A DNA stretch of 64,000 nucleotides from Octopus sinensis. Taxonomy: Eukaryota. The notes beneath the pieces were generated by a model. The model saw only the letters and a list, made by a program, of their open reading frames with translations. It was not told the DNA's origin and searched no databases. The stretch covers positions 48,484,001 to 48,548,000 of the forward strand of contig NC_043008.1 in assembly GCF_006345805.1 (NCBI RefSeq), in the 5' to 3' direction. This document shows, in pieces, positions 1 to 12,247 of this stretch. The position numbers and the translations under genes are program-made. Each line of letters begins with the position of its first letter. Positions within the stretch are counted from its first letter, which is position 1.

Positions 1-240
1 GTAGTTTTAAAAGAAACGAAACAAATTCTTAAAAAGATAGTAAGAACAAAATGTATCAAAAAGTACAAGATTTTAGAGGTGTCCAATACACAATAAGCAT
101 TCAGCCGATACTAAAACCAAAGCCATAAACATGGCCCAAGTGTCAGTTTAGCCAATACCAAGAAAACAGAGAAACAGCTAAGAACATGTTTGCTGGCCTG
201 GAATTGAAATAAGATAAAGAAATATTCTAAACTGATGTAA

Positions 241-272
<32 letters not shown>

Positions 273-1414
273 TGACATACTGTGATAATTCCACAGATAC
301 CCCCACCTCCTCTGTCATACCACCACACTGTACCAATGTCACTAATTGGTATGATGCAGTTCAGAGATAACGGGCTTATTTTAACTCAATATTAATAATG
401 AGGATGGTCTTTTAAATGTATCCCAAAAAGACCCCAACCTTCCATATTTTACAACTGAAAGCAGTAAAACAGACAGGAATCAGGCATACTTTGAAAAACA
501 AAAGTAGGTATGGAATTCTGAACTCCTGTCTGAAAAGAATTATCCTGGTTTCTTTCTAAATGGACATAGTAATCTAATATAAAGTTTGGAAATGGATATT
601 GAATCTTGCTTAGTCTTAATAATTTTCACAAAATAAACAAACAAAAAAGAGCTTAGAACCATAAACAAGGTAAATGTAATCCTAGGACAATCATAAACGA
701 GTAAGAGAGTTTCAAATTTCAATTCCACCATCAATTTATATTAGCAGATCAATGAAGACAATGAAGCCTAAAGTCACAGTTGTAAATTATGACTCTACCA
801 GTATTGCTGTTATTGTTGTTGCTGTCTTTTCCCATTGATTGTGAAAGACTTTAATGGTTAAAGCTTTGAAATGAAAACCAATTATATGGACAATTCTATT
901 AACGATGAGATTGATTATAGAAAAAAAAACATAAGTGATTGATGATGATGTGAGACTAACAGAAAATAATGAGCTCAGCTCTTTATATTAATTATAGATT
1001 CATCCTTTCTTTTATCACAACAGTGAGTCTTGACAAAGTTAGAAAAACAGTTAATTTTCCATTCATTGACAATTTGCTGCAACTCTGTAATGATGAATGT
1101 CTGAATGTCAAATGAAAATATTTCTAGCAGACAACAAACAGCATTACATGTTAGTTTTGCAAAGAATAACAACTTAATTAACATTCGTTGCTCCAACATC
1201 CACTCTACATACTGAGACACAAGCTTACACGCACACAGTGTGAGCTATTAGTTTCGTGCCTCTGGAAATACAATGGTCAGACAATCTTTCATAGCTTGCA
1301 TTTAAATCCTGTGTATATTAAAATATTTATCTCTCACTGGATGGAGCGCTTCTTTGTTAATCCCACTAATAATGGAACAATACATTATATATATATGTGC
1401 ATGTGCATATATAT

Positions 1415-1835
1415 ACATCATCATCGTCGTCGTTGTTTAACGTCTGCTTTCCATGCTGGCATGGGTTGGACGGTTTGACTGAGGACTGGTGAGCCAGAAG
1501 GCTGCACCAGGCTCAATCTGATCTTGCAAAGTTTCTACAGCTAGATGCCCTTCCTAATGCCAACCACTCCGAGACTGTAGTGGGTGCTTTTACGTGCCAC
1601 TGGCACGGGGGCCAGTCAGGTGGTTCTGGCAATGACCACACTCAAAAGGTGTTTTTTACGTGCTACCTGCACGGGAGCCAGTCCAGCAGCACTGGCAACG
1701 ACCACACTCAAATGTTTTCACAAGCCACCGGCACATGTGCCAGTAAGGCGACGCTGACAACGATCACGCTTGACTGGTGCTTTTTACGTGCCACCAGCAT
1801 GGGAGCCAATTCGTGGCCCTGGCAATGATCATGCT
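1415..1835 (-). mobile_element. Family C element (SINE or LINE 3' end with (GAT)n tail; RTE-like by recall)
   Basis: (cat)n-cgttgtttaacgtctgctttccatgctggcatgggttggacgg...gatgcccttcctaatgccaaccactcc. Orientation is inferred from the tail. Confidence 0.8.
1585..1835 (+). repeat. About 4 diverged ~65-bp tandem units inside a family C element
   Basis: Repeating gtg(c/t)tttt(t)acgtgccac(t/c)ggcacggg(a/g)gccagt...ctggcaa(t/c)gaccacactcaaa pattern. Confidence 0.8.
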
Positions 1836-2071
1836 CAGATGTGCTTGAAAGGTTTAGTTCACTGGTGATGTAAACGAATAGGTACACTGAGTAAATTCTA
1901 TAATTGGTCGTCCATTAGGTTCCAAGTTCACAGCTGAGGCTGTTGCTAAGGATCCATATTAGGCTTCCGTGTTAGCAGGTATATATTACATTAGAGGAAA
2001 AAGGACAACAAAATCAAGGCAGGACAAGTATCTCATTTAGAATAATTTAATTAGGGGAAAATGAATATGAA

Positions 2072-2147
2072 GTCTTACAGTTGTTTCTGAGATATCCCAA
2101 GTGATAGGCTAGCATGTCCATACACTGGGGATTCCATCATCAGAGAC
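2072..2147 (-). ncRNA. Type I hammerhead ribozyme motif (minimal stem III, Penelope/retrozyme type)
   Basis: Minus strand reads GUCU-CUGAUGA-[long imperfect stem II, UGGAAUCCCCAGUG...CACUUGGGAUAUCUCA]-GAAA-C-AACU-G-UA-AGAC. All catalytic core nucleotides are present, stem I is 4 bp (GUCU/AGAC), and the cleavage triplet is GUA with the predicted cut between 2076 and 2075. Confidence 0.75.
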
Positions 2148-2707
2148 AAGATAAGTATGTAATGAAAGTTTCAAACAGGGAAATTCACAGTTTATAAAGA
2201 ATAAAATAGAAGAATAAAGGGTAAAAGTAGATAGAAGAATACAGACAGGAGAATATAGTTCACAGTTCATCTTTTTCTAGAGGGTATACGCACGCACACA
2301 CACACACACCTTTATGTCTTAATATGTAGAATGGATGTTACAGCAACAACAGGTATAAGCTCTTCTTCTGAAAGAAGAGAAAGAAAATGGAGAAAGAGAA
2401 GAATATACGTTATTTAACCCTAAGGTTACACATCTGAAGTGATACCACCTCCATGTTTACAGAAATCTACTCAAGATAACAATTTCTTCCTCCTTCCAGG
2501 CCCCTCAATCTGACTTTTTCACCTCTCAAAATCCTGTTCTAAACACTTTGATGACTTTTTTTTTTTCGAATAATGTCTCTTCCCTTTGACATTTTACCTT
2601 CATCCTACAACTTAGAGAAGAATTCAAATAATTAATTAGACTAATAATAATTAACATTAACCTTAATTAAGACTAACTTTAATTACACTGATAATAATTA
2701 CACTAAT

Positions 2708-2920
2708 TAAGGTGGTGAGTTGGCAGAATCATTAGTATGCCAAGCAAAGTGCTTAGCGGCATTTCATCCATCTCTATATTCTGAGTTGAAACTCCGCCGC
2801 TGTCAACTTTGCCTTTCGTCCTTTTAAAGTCAATAAAATACCAGCTGATCATTTGGGGTCGATGCACTCAATGTAGTTCCTCCTCCAAAATTGCTGGTGT
2901 GAGGTCAGAATTTGAAACCG
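2708..2920 (+). mobile_element. tRNA-derived SINE family B with a 14-bp target-site duplication
   Basis: ggtgagttggcagaatcattag (A box), gagttgaaactcc (B-box-like); TSD ataattacactaat at 2694-2707 and 2921-2934. Confidence 0.9.
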
Positions 2921-3657
2921 ATAATTACACTAATATCTCCAACATATCTAATGAATAAAACTGTGTGATTATATTATAATAATTGTAACAGTGAATAACA
3001 CTTATATGGACAGTGTGTGTGTGTGTGTGTATGAGAGAGGAGAGAGAGAGGGGGAGAGAGAGAGGAGAGAGAGAGATCTGGATACTCCATTCAGATGCAA
3101 AGAGCGTTCACCCTTCAAATATATATTATATTGAATTTTCTTTCAATTATAATTATTATTGTAACTAAAACATTTTTTAGATGGGATTTCTGCTCATGGT
3201 CTATAAGCAGGCTCTCTGTGAAGGGTAAATAATAATACCATTGCCGCTCTCTCTCTCTCTCTCTCTCTGTGCACATGTACACTCTGAATGCTGCAGTCCA
3301 TGACAAAAAATGGGATACCAACCCTCTAAGGTTTGTACAGGATTACTGTTAAAATCTCTGCAGTTTTCACCTAAGAACAGGTAACCATGGTGATAAATAT
3401 CTATTTCACAACTAAATACCAATAACAGAATCAAAGTTTAATTAAATACGTGTGGTGCAACATAAAAATCACGAGTCTACATTCTTTATTATGAAACAAT
3501 ATTTAAATCATAAAGAAATGTTTCATATTGAAATTAATTAATTAATTAATTATTAATACACAGAGGGATCCAAATGTAAAAAACCTTTTTACAAAGATAA
3601 AATAGAAAAAAAGATAAAACTTTCTCAATTTATAGATACCTGTTAGAAATAAATATT

Positions 3658-4067
3658 CTCTTTACTCTTTTACTTGTTTCAGTCATCTGACTGTGGTCAT
3701 GCTAGAGCACCGCTTTTAGTCGAGCAAATCGACCCCAAGACTTATTCTTTGTAAGCCTAGTTCTTATTTTATCGGTCTCTTTTGCGAAACCGCTAAGTTA
3801 CGGAGACATAAACACACCAGCATCGGTTGTCAAGCGATGTTGGAGGGACAAACACAGACACACAAACACATATACACACACCCATACATATATATACATA
3901 TATACGATGGGCTTCTTTCAGTTTCCGTCTACCAAATCCACTCACAAGGCTTTGGTTGGCCCAAGGCTATAGTAGAAGACACTTGCCCAAGATGCCACGC
4001 AGTGGGACTGAACCCGGAACCATGTGGTTCGTAAGCAAACTACTTACCACACAGCCACTCCTACGCC
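3658..4067 (-). mobile_element. tRNA-derived SINE family A, full-length, young copy
   Basis: Minus strand starts ggcgtaggagtggctgtgtggtaag (A box) ... gggttcagtccc (B box). It continues with a CORE-like cttgggcaagtgtcttc segment, a central (TA/TG)n tract and a (gagtaaa)n tail. Confidence 0.9.
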
Positions 4068-4439
4068 TTTTAAACAATTTATTAAACTAGTTTATATTTT
4101 TTATGTTAGTAAAGTGGAGGCTTTTATTTTTACTTTTTCTCAGATTAATATCTGTAAATTCAAAATAGTTAGACAGAGCGTCAATGTTTGAGAGATAACA
4201 GCCATTTATGTAATGTTCAGCAATATAAATGATTAAGCAGGCAAACAGAATAAAAGGCAGAGAACAATTTCATATCTGTGTTTTTGTAGGTTGGCAAAGG
4301 ATGTTAATAGTGAGAAAACTGATAAAAATGGTGCTTTTTAAATAGAAACGTGTGATATTTGTTCTGCCCAAGTTAAACAAATACAATGGACCAATGAAGA
4401 ACATACCACCACCACCAACTGTATTGTTCACCAAAATGT

Positions 4440-4670
4440 GATCATCATCATCATCATGTAACATCCGTTTTCTATGCTGGCATGGGTTGGACAGTTTGAC
4501 AGGAGCTGTTTCCAACTGTCTGTTTTGGTATAGTTTCTACTGCTGGATGTCAGCATGAGTGCTTTTTATGTGGCACCAACACCCGCAGAGTTGCCAGGTA
4601 GCTTGCAAGGCAAACACCTCTCAGCTGAGAGAAGGAGTGGAATCAAGAGAAGTGGCCATGTGGCAGGTAT
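4440..4670 (-). mobile_element. Family C element
   Basis: (cat)n...ctatgctggcatgggttggacagtttgacaggagc...gtgctttttatgtggcacc...gagaaggagtggaatcaagagaag. Confidence 0.8.
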
Positions 4671-5020
4671 AGAGTGTGATGTAAAATTGATTAAATATTG
4701 TACCAGTTCCTATACAAAACAATATTATAATTTCAATTTCCTTAATCTATCAATTATTTCTGTCACTGACAAATATCAGCTAAAAAAAATAAATTTGTTC
4801 ATTTTGCATTCTTTTTCTATGCTTGGGTTGGACGAACCTGGTTTACAGCCAGATGCCCTTCCTTGAATCCTTACTTGTGTTTCAAGTAAGGGATCACCTA
4901 TTCCACATGGTTTTGAAGGAACAAAGACACCTGGACAATTTGTTCACAGGTCAAACTAACAACACCCTCACCCACTGCACTTCCATATAAGCCATTGCAG
5001 GTTTGAACACACACACACAC

Positions 5021-5170
5021 GATGGGCTTCTTTCAGCTTCCATCTACCAAATCCAATCACAAGGCTTTGGTCAATTCAGGACTACAGACACTTTCTCAAA
5101 ATGCCATGAAGTAGGGCTAAACCCAAAGTCATATGGTTGAGGAGCAAACTGCACAACCACAATGCTATGC
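5021..5170 (-). mobile_element. SINE family A head, degenerate
   Basis: gatgggcttctttcagcttccatctaccaaatcc...aaggctttgg matches 3905-3960. Confidence 0.8.
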
Positions 5171-5479
5171 TTGTGTCTGTCCTCTCAGATTGAAATATCA
5201 AAAAACACTAAACATGTTCTAATTGTGATCAAAACATTTTGGAATTTAATTCTTCTCACCAACAAAATTGTACTAAGACAATTATTCATAATTTTAATTA
5301 AAAGTGAGAATACAAACTAAGATAATTCTTACCAAATCTGAGTTCTTTTGAAAAGAGGTAATCCAAGGTGTATGTAAATCCAAATATCTGTAAAAGTGGA
5401 AAAAGAAATAGTTTATTGATTTAGAACCAAAGAAGAATTGGTAAGCAGAAATAATGCAAAGGCCTTATGGTATTTCTTC

Positions 5480-5645
5480 CAGTTTTTTTATGTCCTGAGT
5501 TCAAATGCCACTGAGGTCAACTTTACCATTTGTTCCTCCAAACTCAATACAATAAAGCACCAATCTTGTACAGGGATCAATGTAATTAACTAAAGCCCTT
5601 CCACTAAAATTGTTGGCATTCTGCCCAAATTCAAAATAATGATTA
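5480..5645 (+). mobile_element. SINE family B, 5'-eroded
   Basis: gagttcaaatgcc..gaggtcaacttt...gggatcaatgtaatt...cccaaattcaaaa(taa). Confidence 0.75.
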
Positions 5646-5666
5646 TTAAAATTTTACACAGCTTCC

Positions 5667-5682
5667 CACACACACACACACA

Positions 5683-5740
<58 letters not shown>
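5667..5740. repeat. (CA)n(CT)n compound microsatellite
   Basis: Direct reading. Confidence 0.95.
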
Positions 5741-5744
<4 letters not shown>

Positions 5745-7349
5745 AAGGGAATATGCTGTCTTGATTTGAATTCATATTTTTTATGAGATCAAGCAAGATC
5801 TTTATTTACAAAATAATTTTGCTAGAACCACAGATTAAGTGCCCTGGGGCACATGTAAATTTTTTTAATTCACCACTAGGTGAAGTAAATTAAAAAGTTT
5901 TAAGCTATAAAAAAATTAGTAAAAATCTTAAAACTTGTAACTAAATTAGAAATCATAAGGATTCATTGACAAAGATCACAACCTCTTTTCCTTCTAATTT
6001 TGTAGATAAAAAAAAAAAATAAGATACCCCATTTCTAAATATTGCACATGTGTATGCACACACACACACACACACACACACAGTGTGCAAAGTTGTTGCT
6101 AGGACAGTAACAAGACAACTAAAGAAAGCGGAAATTGTTTAGGGGTTAGCACCAGATTAACATTTGTAAATGCTACTGAGAATCAACAATTTTATTATCT
6201 TCACTTTAGATTAACCATTTCCAGGATGAAACAAATAAAACCTGCCACATTAACACAAATGGCAGATGTATTCCAGCATAGATGATCTCTTGTAAGTTGG
6301 ATAGCTTCAACAGTAGAAGTCATGTTATACAATAATTTACTCACCCCCCACCCACCCCTATCCATACACAAACCTCCGTGAAATTACTCATGTGAAGCAG
6401 TTGCTATTTACTTTCCTCACATATACTGCTTGCTTAAATAGATTTCAAAATATATAATGGCTTCAACCTTTCGCGGAGCCAACATGCTTGACATGTTGCT
6501 TCCTGCAGAGAAGAGGAAAATGCTGGAAATTAATTTTAATGATGGGTGCATATATGTAACAGGTAATGTCTTTGCTTTGACAGCATTTATTTAATATATA
6601 CACCCAGTATCAGATGCCATGAGGGCATTCTGTCAGTTATTGAATACATTATTGCAGTAAAGAGTTAAAAAATTTCATGTTCTTTGAATGGTATGTTGAA
6701 CAATCTACAGTTTATTTCACACAAGTTGTTTTTGAATAGACCATAACACAAATACAAGTTTACAATATTAGTAAAATAAACAAGAACTAAAATTAGTTTT
6801 TTTTTCTTTTTGTTGTTCCACAAACAGAACAATAAGCTTCTGGTTGTTACTGTGATAAAAATAAAAGATAAAAAACACAGTAAGTTTAGTTAAACATGAC
6901 CATCTAATACAAACAATACTCATCTCAATGGTGAATTTCATAATACATTTTTGTTAGAGAAAATAAACACATGATACATTTTAGAAAACTGTGTGAAGTA
7001 CGACACAAGGTTAAGAGCCTAGCCTTTTAAACACGCTCTCAGAGAGTTCAAAACTTTAAAACTGCCATTAAATTTTACCACTAAACAAGGCAAATAATTT
7101 GGCTTCTTTGAGTTAGTCTGGCTACCAAAAGAGTTTCCATGCTTCCATTATTACTTCAACTCCAGTCATTTATCTTAAAATCATCTCAGCTGATTAGGCC
7201 TTGTGAAGGAAACTGGATGAGCAAACTGTGTGGTAGCTTATTTGAATGAAACATATCTATCAGTCAAAAGGTCCACTTTTGTCATTCATTGTGTTATGCT
7301 AAGTCTACCTGAAGATTACAATAAGAAAGGTATTTCTTTTAACGGTATA

Positions 7350-8192
7350 CATGGTCTGATCAATAAGTATCCAGACTGATGCCATAGTAATGAAGCTAAA
7401 GCACGCAGAGTGAAGCCGCTTGGCCTTAATCTCTGCTAACGTTCTAGCTCACTTCTGCTGTTTACAGCAGTGCCTAGAAGGAACATGTGTAGCGTGTGAT
7501 CGTTGCATTGACCATGACAGCGAAAATTGAGCAGAGAATCTGCATCAAATTTTGCAAAAAGCTTGGTGATACCTGCTCAGAGGCCTACGCAAAGTTTTCA
7601 AAATGTTTTCATCATTCTTGTCATAATGAAGAGGATCTTGTGCAACGGAAACCCAAGTGTCTTTTTGGTCAACTGAAAGCAGTTTTGCACTAACTTGGCA
7701 GACAGATGCTTCTCATAACCAAATCTTCAGTGACAATGGACTGAACTGTAACTAATCTGCACATCCTCTGATAACTTATGGATACTGATTCAACGATTTC
7801 CCTTCACAGCTGCACGCACATCCACAGTGTTTTTCTCAGTCCTGCTGGTTGCGGGTCTCCCAGAACATTCGTCAATATCGACATTTTTTCAACCATCTTG
7901 GAAACGTCTGAACCACTCATACACTCCTCTCCATACACCTTCTGCAACCTTGCATAGGCCTCTGAGCAGGTATCGCCATGACAACTTTCTCTGTCATGGT
8001 CAATGTGACAAATCAAACACTACACACCTTCCTTCCAAGCCCTGCTGTAAACAGTGGAAGTGAGCTAGAACAGCAAAACTTAGTGTGCATGGACAGCAGA
8101 GTTCAAGCTCAATCTGTGTCAAGCAGCTTCACCCCGTGTCCTTTAGCTTCGTTACTATGCCAACAATCCGGATACTTATTGATCAGACCTCG
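7350..8192. mobile_element. Non-autonomous mariner fold-back element made of two inverted 5' ends
   Basis: Termini ta|catggtctgatcaataagtatcc ... ggatacttattgatcagacctcg|ta. The + arm encodes MTAKIEQRICIKFCKKLGDTCSEAYAK from 7514. The - arm, from 7997, encodes MTEKV...GDTCSEAYARLQKVYGEEC...SGRPATSRTEKN...LSVDQKD, the mariner HTH region. There is no catalytic DDD domain. Confidence 0.9.
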
Positions 8193-8924
8193 TAGTTTCA
8201 CAAGTCAGGACCCACAACCATTTTATTAATTCCTATTTCTAATTATTCCCAAAATTCTGTGGAATTACAGGAATAATTCCTTCTGTTGTGTTTACTTCAG
8301 CTGAAAGTAAGTCAAATGGACATTTCTAACTCTACAGTGGCTCTAACAATTTAAAAAACAAAACAATTCAAATCCAATTTAGTGATGCTTTACAATCCCT
8401 ATAAAAAAAATTCTAAATCCCTTAGAGTCCACCACCACACCACCACAAAAAAGACCCAGAAAACATCTCAAAAGAAACCATAAAATGTTCCTTAAGGTCT
8501 CTGACAGGACAGACATTTGTTTACAAACATGCGACTTAGTGCAAGCTTTTAAAAATAAAAATTGGTCATAAAAATACCATTTTACTATCAAACTACAAAG
8601 TCAAACAACCTTTAACTTCCATACATTCTGGCCTAACAAGCAATAGGGTTTAAGGTTTTATGTAGAAAGCGATGCTCCAGCATGGGCATCAGCCATTGTG
8701 TCTGAAATAAACTGAAGAACTAAACGAATATAAGCAAAATATCTTAATCTACACATCTGATGATTTTTTAATGAAAGCTTCTTATTCTAAAAAAGATGTT
8801 AGCAATTTTTCTTGTTATTTCTTATTATTTCATGTAATTTATAGTCTTGACATGGTCATTATAAACAAGAGACTGGCTTGTAAACCAAACACTTGTAGTT
8901 CCTTTGAAGTTTCCTGTTAGTTTA

Positions 8925-8928
<4 letters not shown>

Positions 8929-8994
<66 letters not shown>

Positions 8995-9003
8995 TACATA
9001 CAT
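8929..9003. repeat. (CA)n microsatellite
   Basis: Direct reading. Confidence 0.95.
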
Positions 9004-9394
9004 TAATTGAGGGGACTTTTTCTTTGTTTCTTAATTTCTTTTTTTTGTATAGTAATGGCAACAAGAGTTCTTAAGATTAGAAATTCAGGTTGCTGCCTGT
9101 TCCTGTTCCACTTCAGTAGCAGTTTCTTTAAGAAATTAACTGTCAAAATTCCCTAAACAGCCATTAAAGGCTTCACATAATAAACCAGTTTGCTAAGAAG
9201 TTTTGCTAACACAGACAACCCTGACAGGGCTCAATGGAGATTCAGCCATTTCTAAACACAAGTGTCACAAAGTACAGACCAGAGGAATAGTCTACAAAGT
9301 AGTAATGGCAGTGCTTTCTACTCTTAATTACTTCAATCTTTTAAGATATTTGCCTTTCTTCAAACAGCACAGCATTTGTTGAATCAACAAGTGG

Positions 9395-9560
9395 GTGCAG
9401 GCATAGCTATGTGGTTGACAAGAAGATTCTGGTTCAATCTCAGTTCATGTCATTTTAGCTTCAGGTCAACCAAACCTATGTGGGTTGAATTTGATAGAGG
9501 GAAACTGTATGGAAGCCTGATAGAGAAACCATTTCTGTTTGGAGTGGTAGACTTAATCAG
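9395..9560 (+). mobile_element. SINE family A head, old copy
   Basis: gggtgcaggcatagctatgtggttga...ggttcaatc...gaatttgatagagggaaactgtatggaagcc. Confidence 0.65.
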
Positions 9561-10769
9561 TGACTTGGCTAGACACCAACATCTAATCCTTAAAAACCTC
9601 TAATGAAGCCAACACTGTTACAAGCATTAGAAGTCAGGTTCTTCTTCATTTATTCCCACCAGTCTCAGGGACCCTGTAAAAGGGGCACTATCTTTTCTCC
9701 TCTAAGTATTTTTTTAATTAATAAAAACGTCATTATATCTAATAAATAATAATTTATTGTAAATCCCTCTCATAAATAATAATTTTAAAAGTCAATTCAA
9801 CATTAAGATTGTAATGAAATATTACATTAGATCTTAAGGACAAATAAACTTAATTTTTTGCTCATTTTTTAAAAAATCAGAATGGTAAGAATGACAACCC
9901 AAAAGAATTTCATTAAAGCACCAATGAATACATCATCATCATCATCATGTAGTGATTCATAAAAAGATGCAGGGACTTTAGATCATCACTGTAATCAAAC
10001 AAAACACAGTGTCTCTACTCTATTGAAGTAGTAAACTGTATCACCCATAATACTTATTTCTAGCTAGGAGTATTGAGTCAGTTAAATATCTCTTTGTCAA
10101 GAACACAGCACCAGTGACAATATGGTTCCCCATTCAACCAAAAGACCAGCACCATATTGATTCCACTGCCATTGTTTCCTCCCCGGTCCTTCTAATCACA
10201 TGCCTCATTGAAGTTCCTCCATGGTTATGGCAAATAAACATTTATAACTAACGAACAAAAACTGGATCGCTATAGAAAGGTAGAAGCCTTCTCTATACAA
10301 TTAATGGCCCCTTCGTGCAGTAACCACTTGATCATTTATCAAAGTAAATCAATGAGAAAAGTAGCTGAACTAACAATAGCAACATGGAGCTGGGTATCAC
10401 ATGGTATCATCGAGTTATAATTGCAGTAATAGAAGTTGATTAGTTTGGTTTATTATACTCATTATTGAGTTATTCAGATTAAGTACAATGAAAGTGATTC
10501 CTGCCTTTTACAATATACAGGCAGCCATTTTTGAAGCTAGTCAATACTTCAAACATCTCAAATATGTGAAGCTTCTAACAAATTAATAAATGGAAATACT
10601 TAAATAATGAATGCCATTTTTTTTTATGGTATACTCCCATATTTATATTATTATTATTGTATCAACCAAAATAAATATTTACATACTGACAATATTCTCA
10701 TCCATAAAATTAATACTTTAGAATTTTAATAGAATCTCTCATGGAATCTTTCATGTTTTAAAAAGTATA

Positions 10770-11745
10770 TATCATCATCATCATTTAATGTCCATTTTCC
10801 AGCCTAGTATGGGTTGGATGGTTTAACAGGAGCTAGCAAGGCCAGGAACTGCCCCATGCCCCATTGTAAGTTTTGGCATGGTTTCTACAGCTGGATGTCC
10901 TTTTTAACACCAACCACTTTATAGAGTGTATTGTGTGCTTTTTATGTAGCAATAGTACCAATGCTTTCTACGTGGAACCAGCACCAGTGCTTTTTACACG
11001 GCACTAACACAGGTGTGCTTTTTACATGGCACCAGCACAGGTGCTTTTTACATGGCACTGACGCAGGTGTGCTTTTTACATGGCACTGGCATAAGTGTGC
11101 TTTTTACAAAGCACTGGCGCAGGTGTGCTTTTTACATGGCACTGACGCAGGTGTGCTTTTTACATGGCACTGGCGCAGGTGTGCTTTTTACATGGCACCA
11201 GCACAGGTGCTTTTTACATGGCACTGACGCAGGTGTGCTTTTTACATGGCACTGGCATAAGTGTGCTTTTTACAAAGCACTGGCGCAGGTGTGCTTTTTA
11301 CATGGCACTGACGCAGGTGTGCTTTTTACATGGCACTAACACAGGTGTGCTTTTTACATGGCACCAGCACAGGTGCTTTTTACATGGCACTGACGCAGGT
11401 GTGCTTTTTACATGGCACTGGCATAAGTGTGCTTTTTACAAAGCACTGGCGCAGGTGTGCTTTTTACATGGCACTGACGCAGGTGTGCTTTTTACATGGC
11501 ACTAACACAGGTGTGCTTTTTACATGGCACCAGCACAGGTGCTTTTTACATGGCACTGACGCAGGTGTGCTTTTTACATGGCACTGGCATAAGTGTGCTT
11601 TTTACAAAGCACTGGCGCAGGTGTGCTTTTTACATGGCACCAGCACAGGTGCTTTTTATGTGGCCCCAGCACCAACAGGGTTGTCAAGTAACTTGCAAGA
11701 GAAAGAGCCTTAGTTGAGAGAGGGAGTGGATTCAAGAGAAGTGGG
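10770..11745 (-). mobile_element. Family C element containing the 28-bp minisatellite
   Basis: Both flanks of the array are colinear with 4440-4670. Confidence 0.85.
10987..11665 (+). repeat. Minisatellite of about 24 units of 28 bp (some 26 bp), with a 166-bp six-unit higher-order repeat
   Basis: Unit gtgctttttacatggcactgacgcaggt. Variants recur in a fixed order, and the ORF track shows the same peptide starting at 11164, 11330 and 11496 (period 166). Confidence 0.97.
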
Positions 11746-12048
11746 AATAAGTAATAAAAAAAACACATTTTGTAATGACTTGCCCTACTTTTCATCAAGT
11801 TGTTTTTCTTTCTTGTTTTGGGGGATTTTTTTTTTTGCTTAATATTTTTTAAGATCATATTTATTGATTGCAATAGATTCCTCACAGAAATGTTGCTTAT
11901 TTTTTGTGGCAACAGGATGTAGAGGAAATTAAACCAGGTCACTGGTCACATTTCTGAGAATTTGATTTTTATGAAAAGAATTACTGATGCATATCCTTTC
12001 ATTGCTTTTACTTCAGTTGTTCTTTATGCATAATATTAATACCAATTA

Positions 12049-12247
12049 GAAGGTGGTGAGCTAGCAGAATCATTAACAAGCGGGGCAAAATGTTAAGCAA
12101 CATTTCATCCATCTTCACATTCTTAGTTCAAATTCCACCGAGGTCAACTTTGCTTTACATCCCTTTGGGGTTGATAAAATAAGTACCAGTTGAATGCTGG
12201 GATCAATGTAACCAACTTACCCCTCCCCTAAAATTTGAAACCAATAA
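12049..12247 (+). mobile_element. SINE family B with a ~12-bp target-site duplication
   Basis: aaggtggtgagctagcagaatcatt...gttcaaattcc; TSD taataccaatta (12037-12048) / taatactaatta (12248-12259). Confidence 0.88.

Noticed and set aside
2310-2367. 58-nt minus-strand exon with a strong acceptor
   Set aside because: Stops in all three frames, and ~45 nt resemble 1185-1230 in inverted orientation, so it is more likely a repeat fragment.
3837-4090. ORFs over SINE copies (also 24998, 32342, 56237 and 62707) and tRNA-like A/B boxes as real tRNA genes
   Set aside because: They recur with each SINE copy. The heads lack a complete cloverleaf and continue into SINE body sequence.
8301-8306. Apparent 6-nt + strand microexon (ttcag|CTGAAA|gtaagt); similar 16-nt case at 24766-24781
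   Set aside because: GTAAGT is frequent by chance at this base composition, and other evidence points to minus-strand transcription.
10931-11717. Five overlapping 73-127 aa Cys/His-rich ORFs
   Set aside because: They are translations of the minisatellite. Neither the 28-bp unit nor the 166-bp period is a multiple of 3. It is not a CRISPR array either, since there are no unique spacers.
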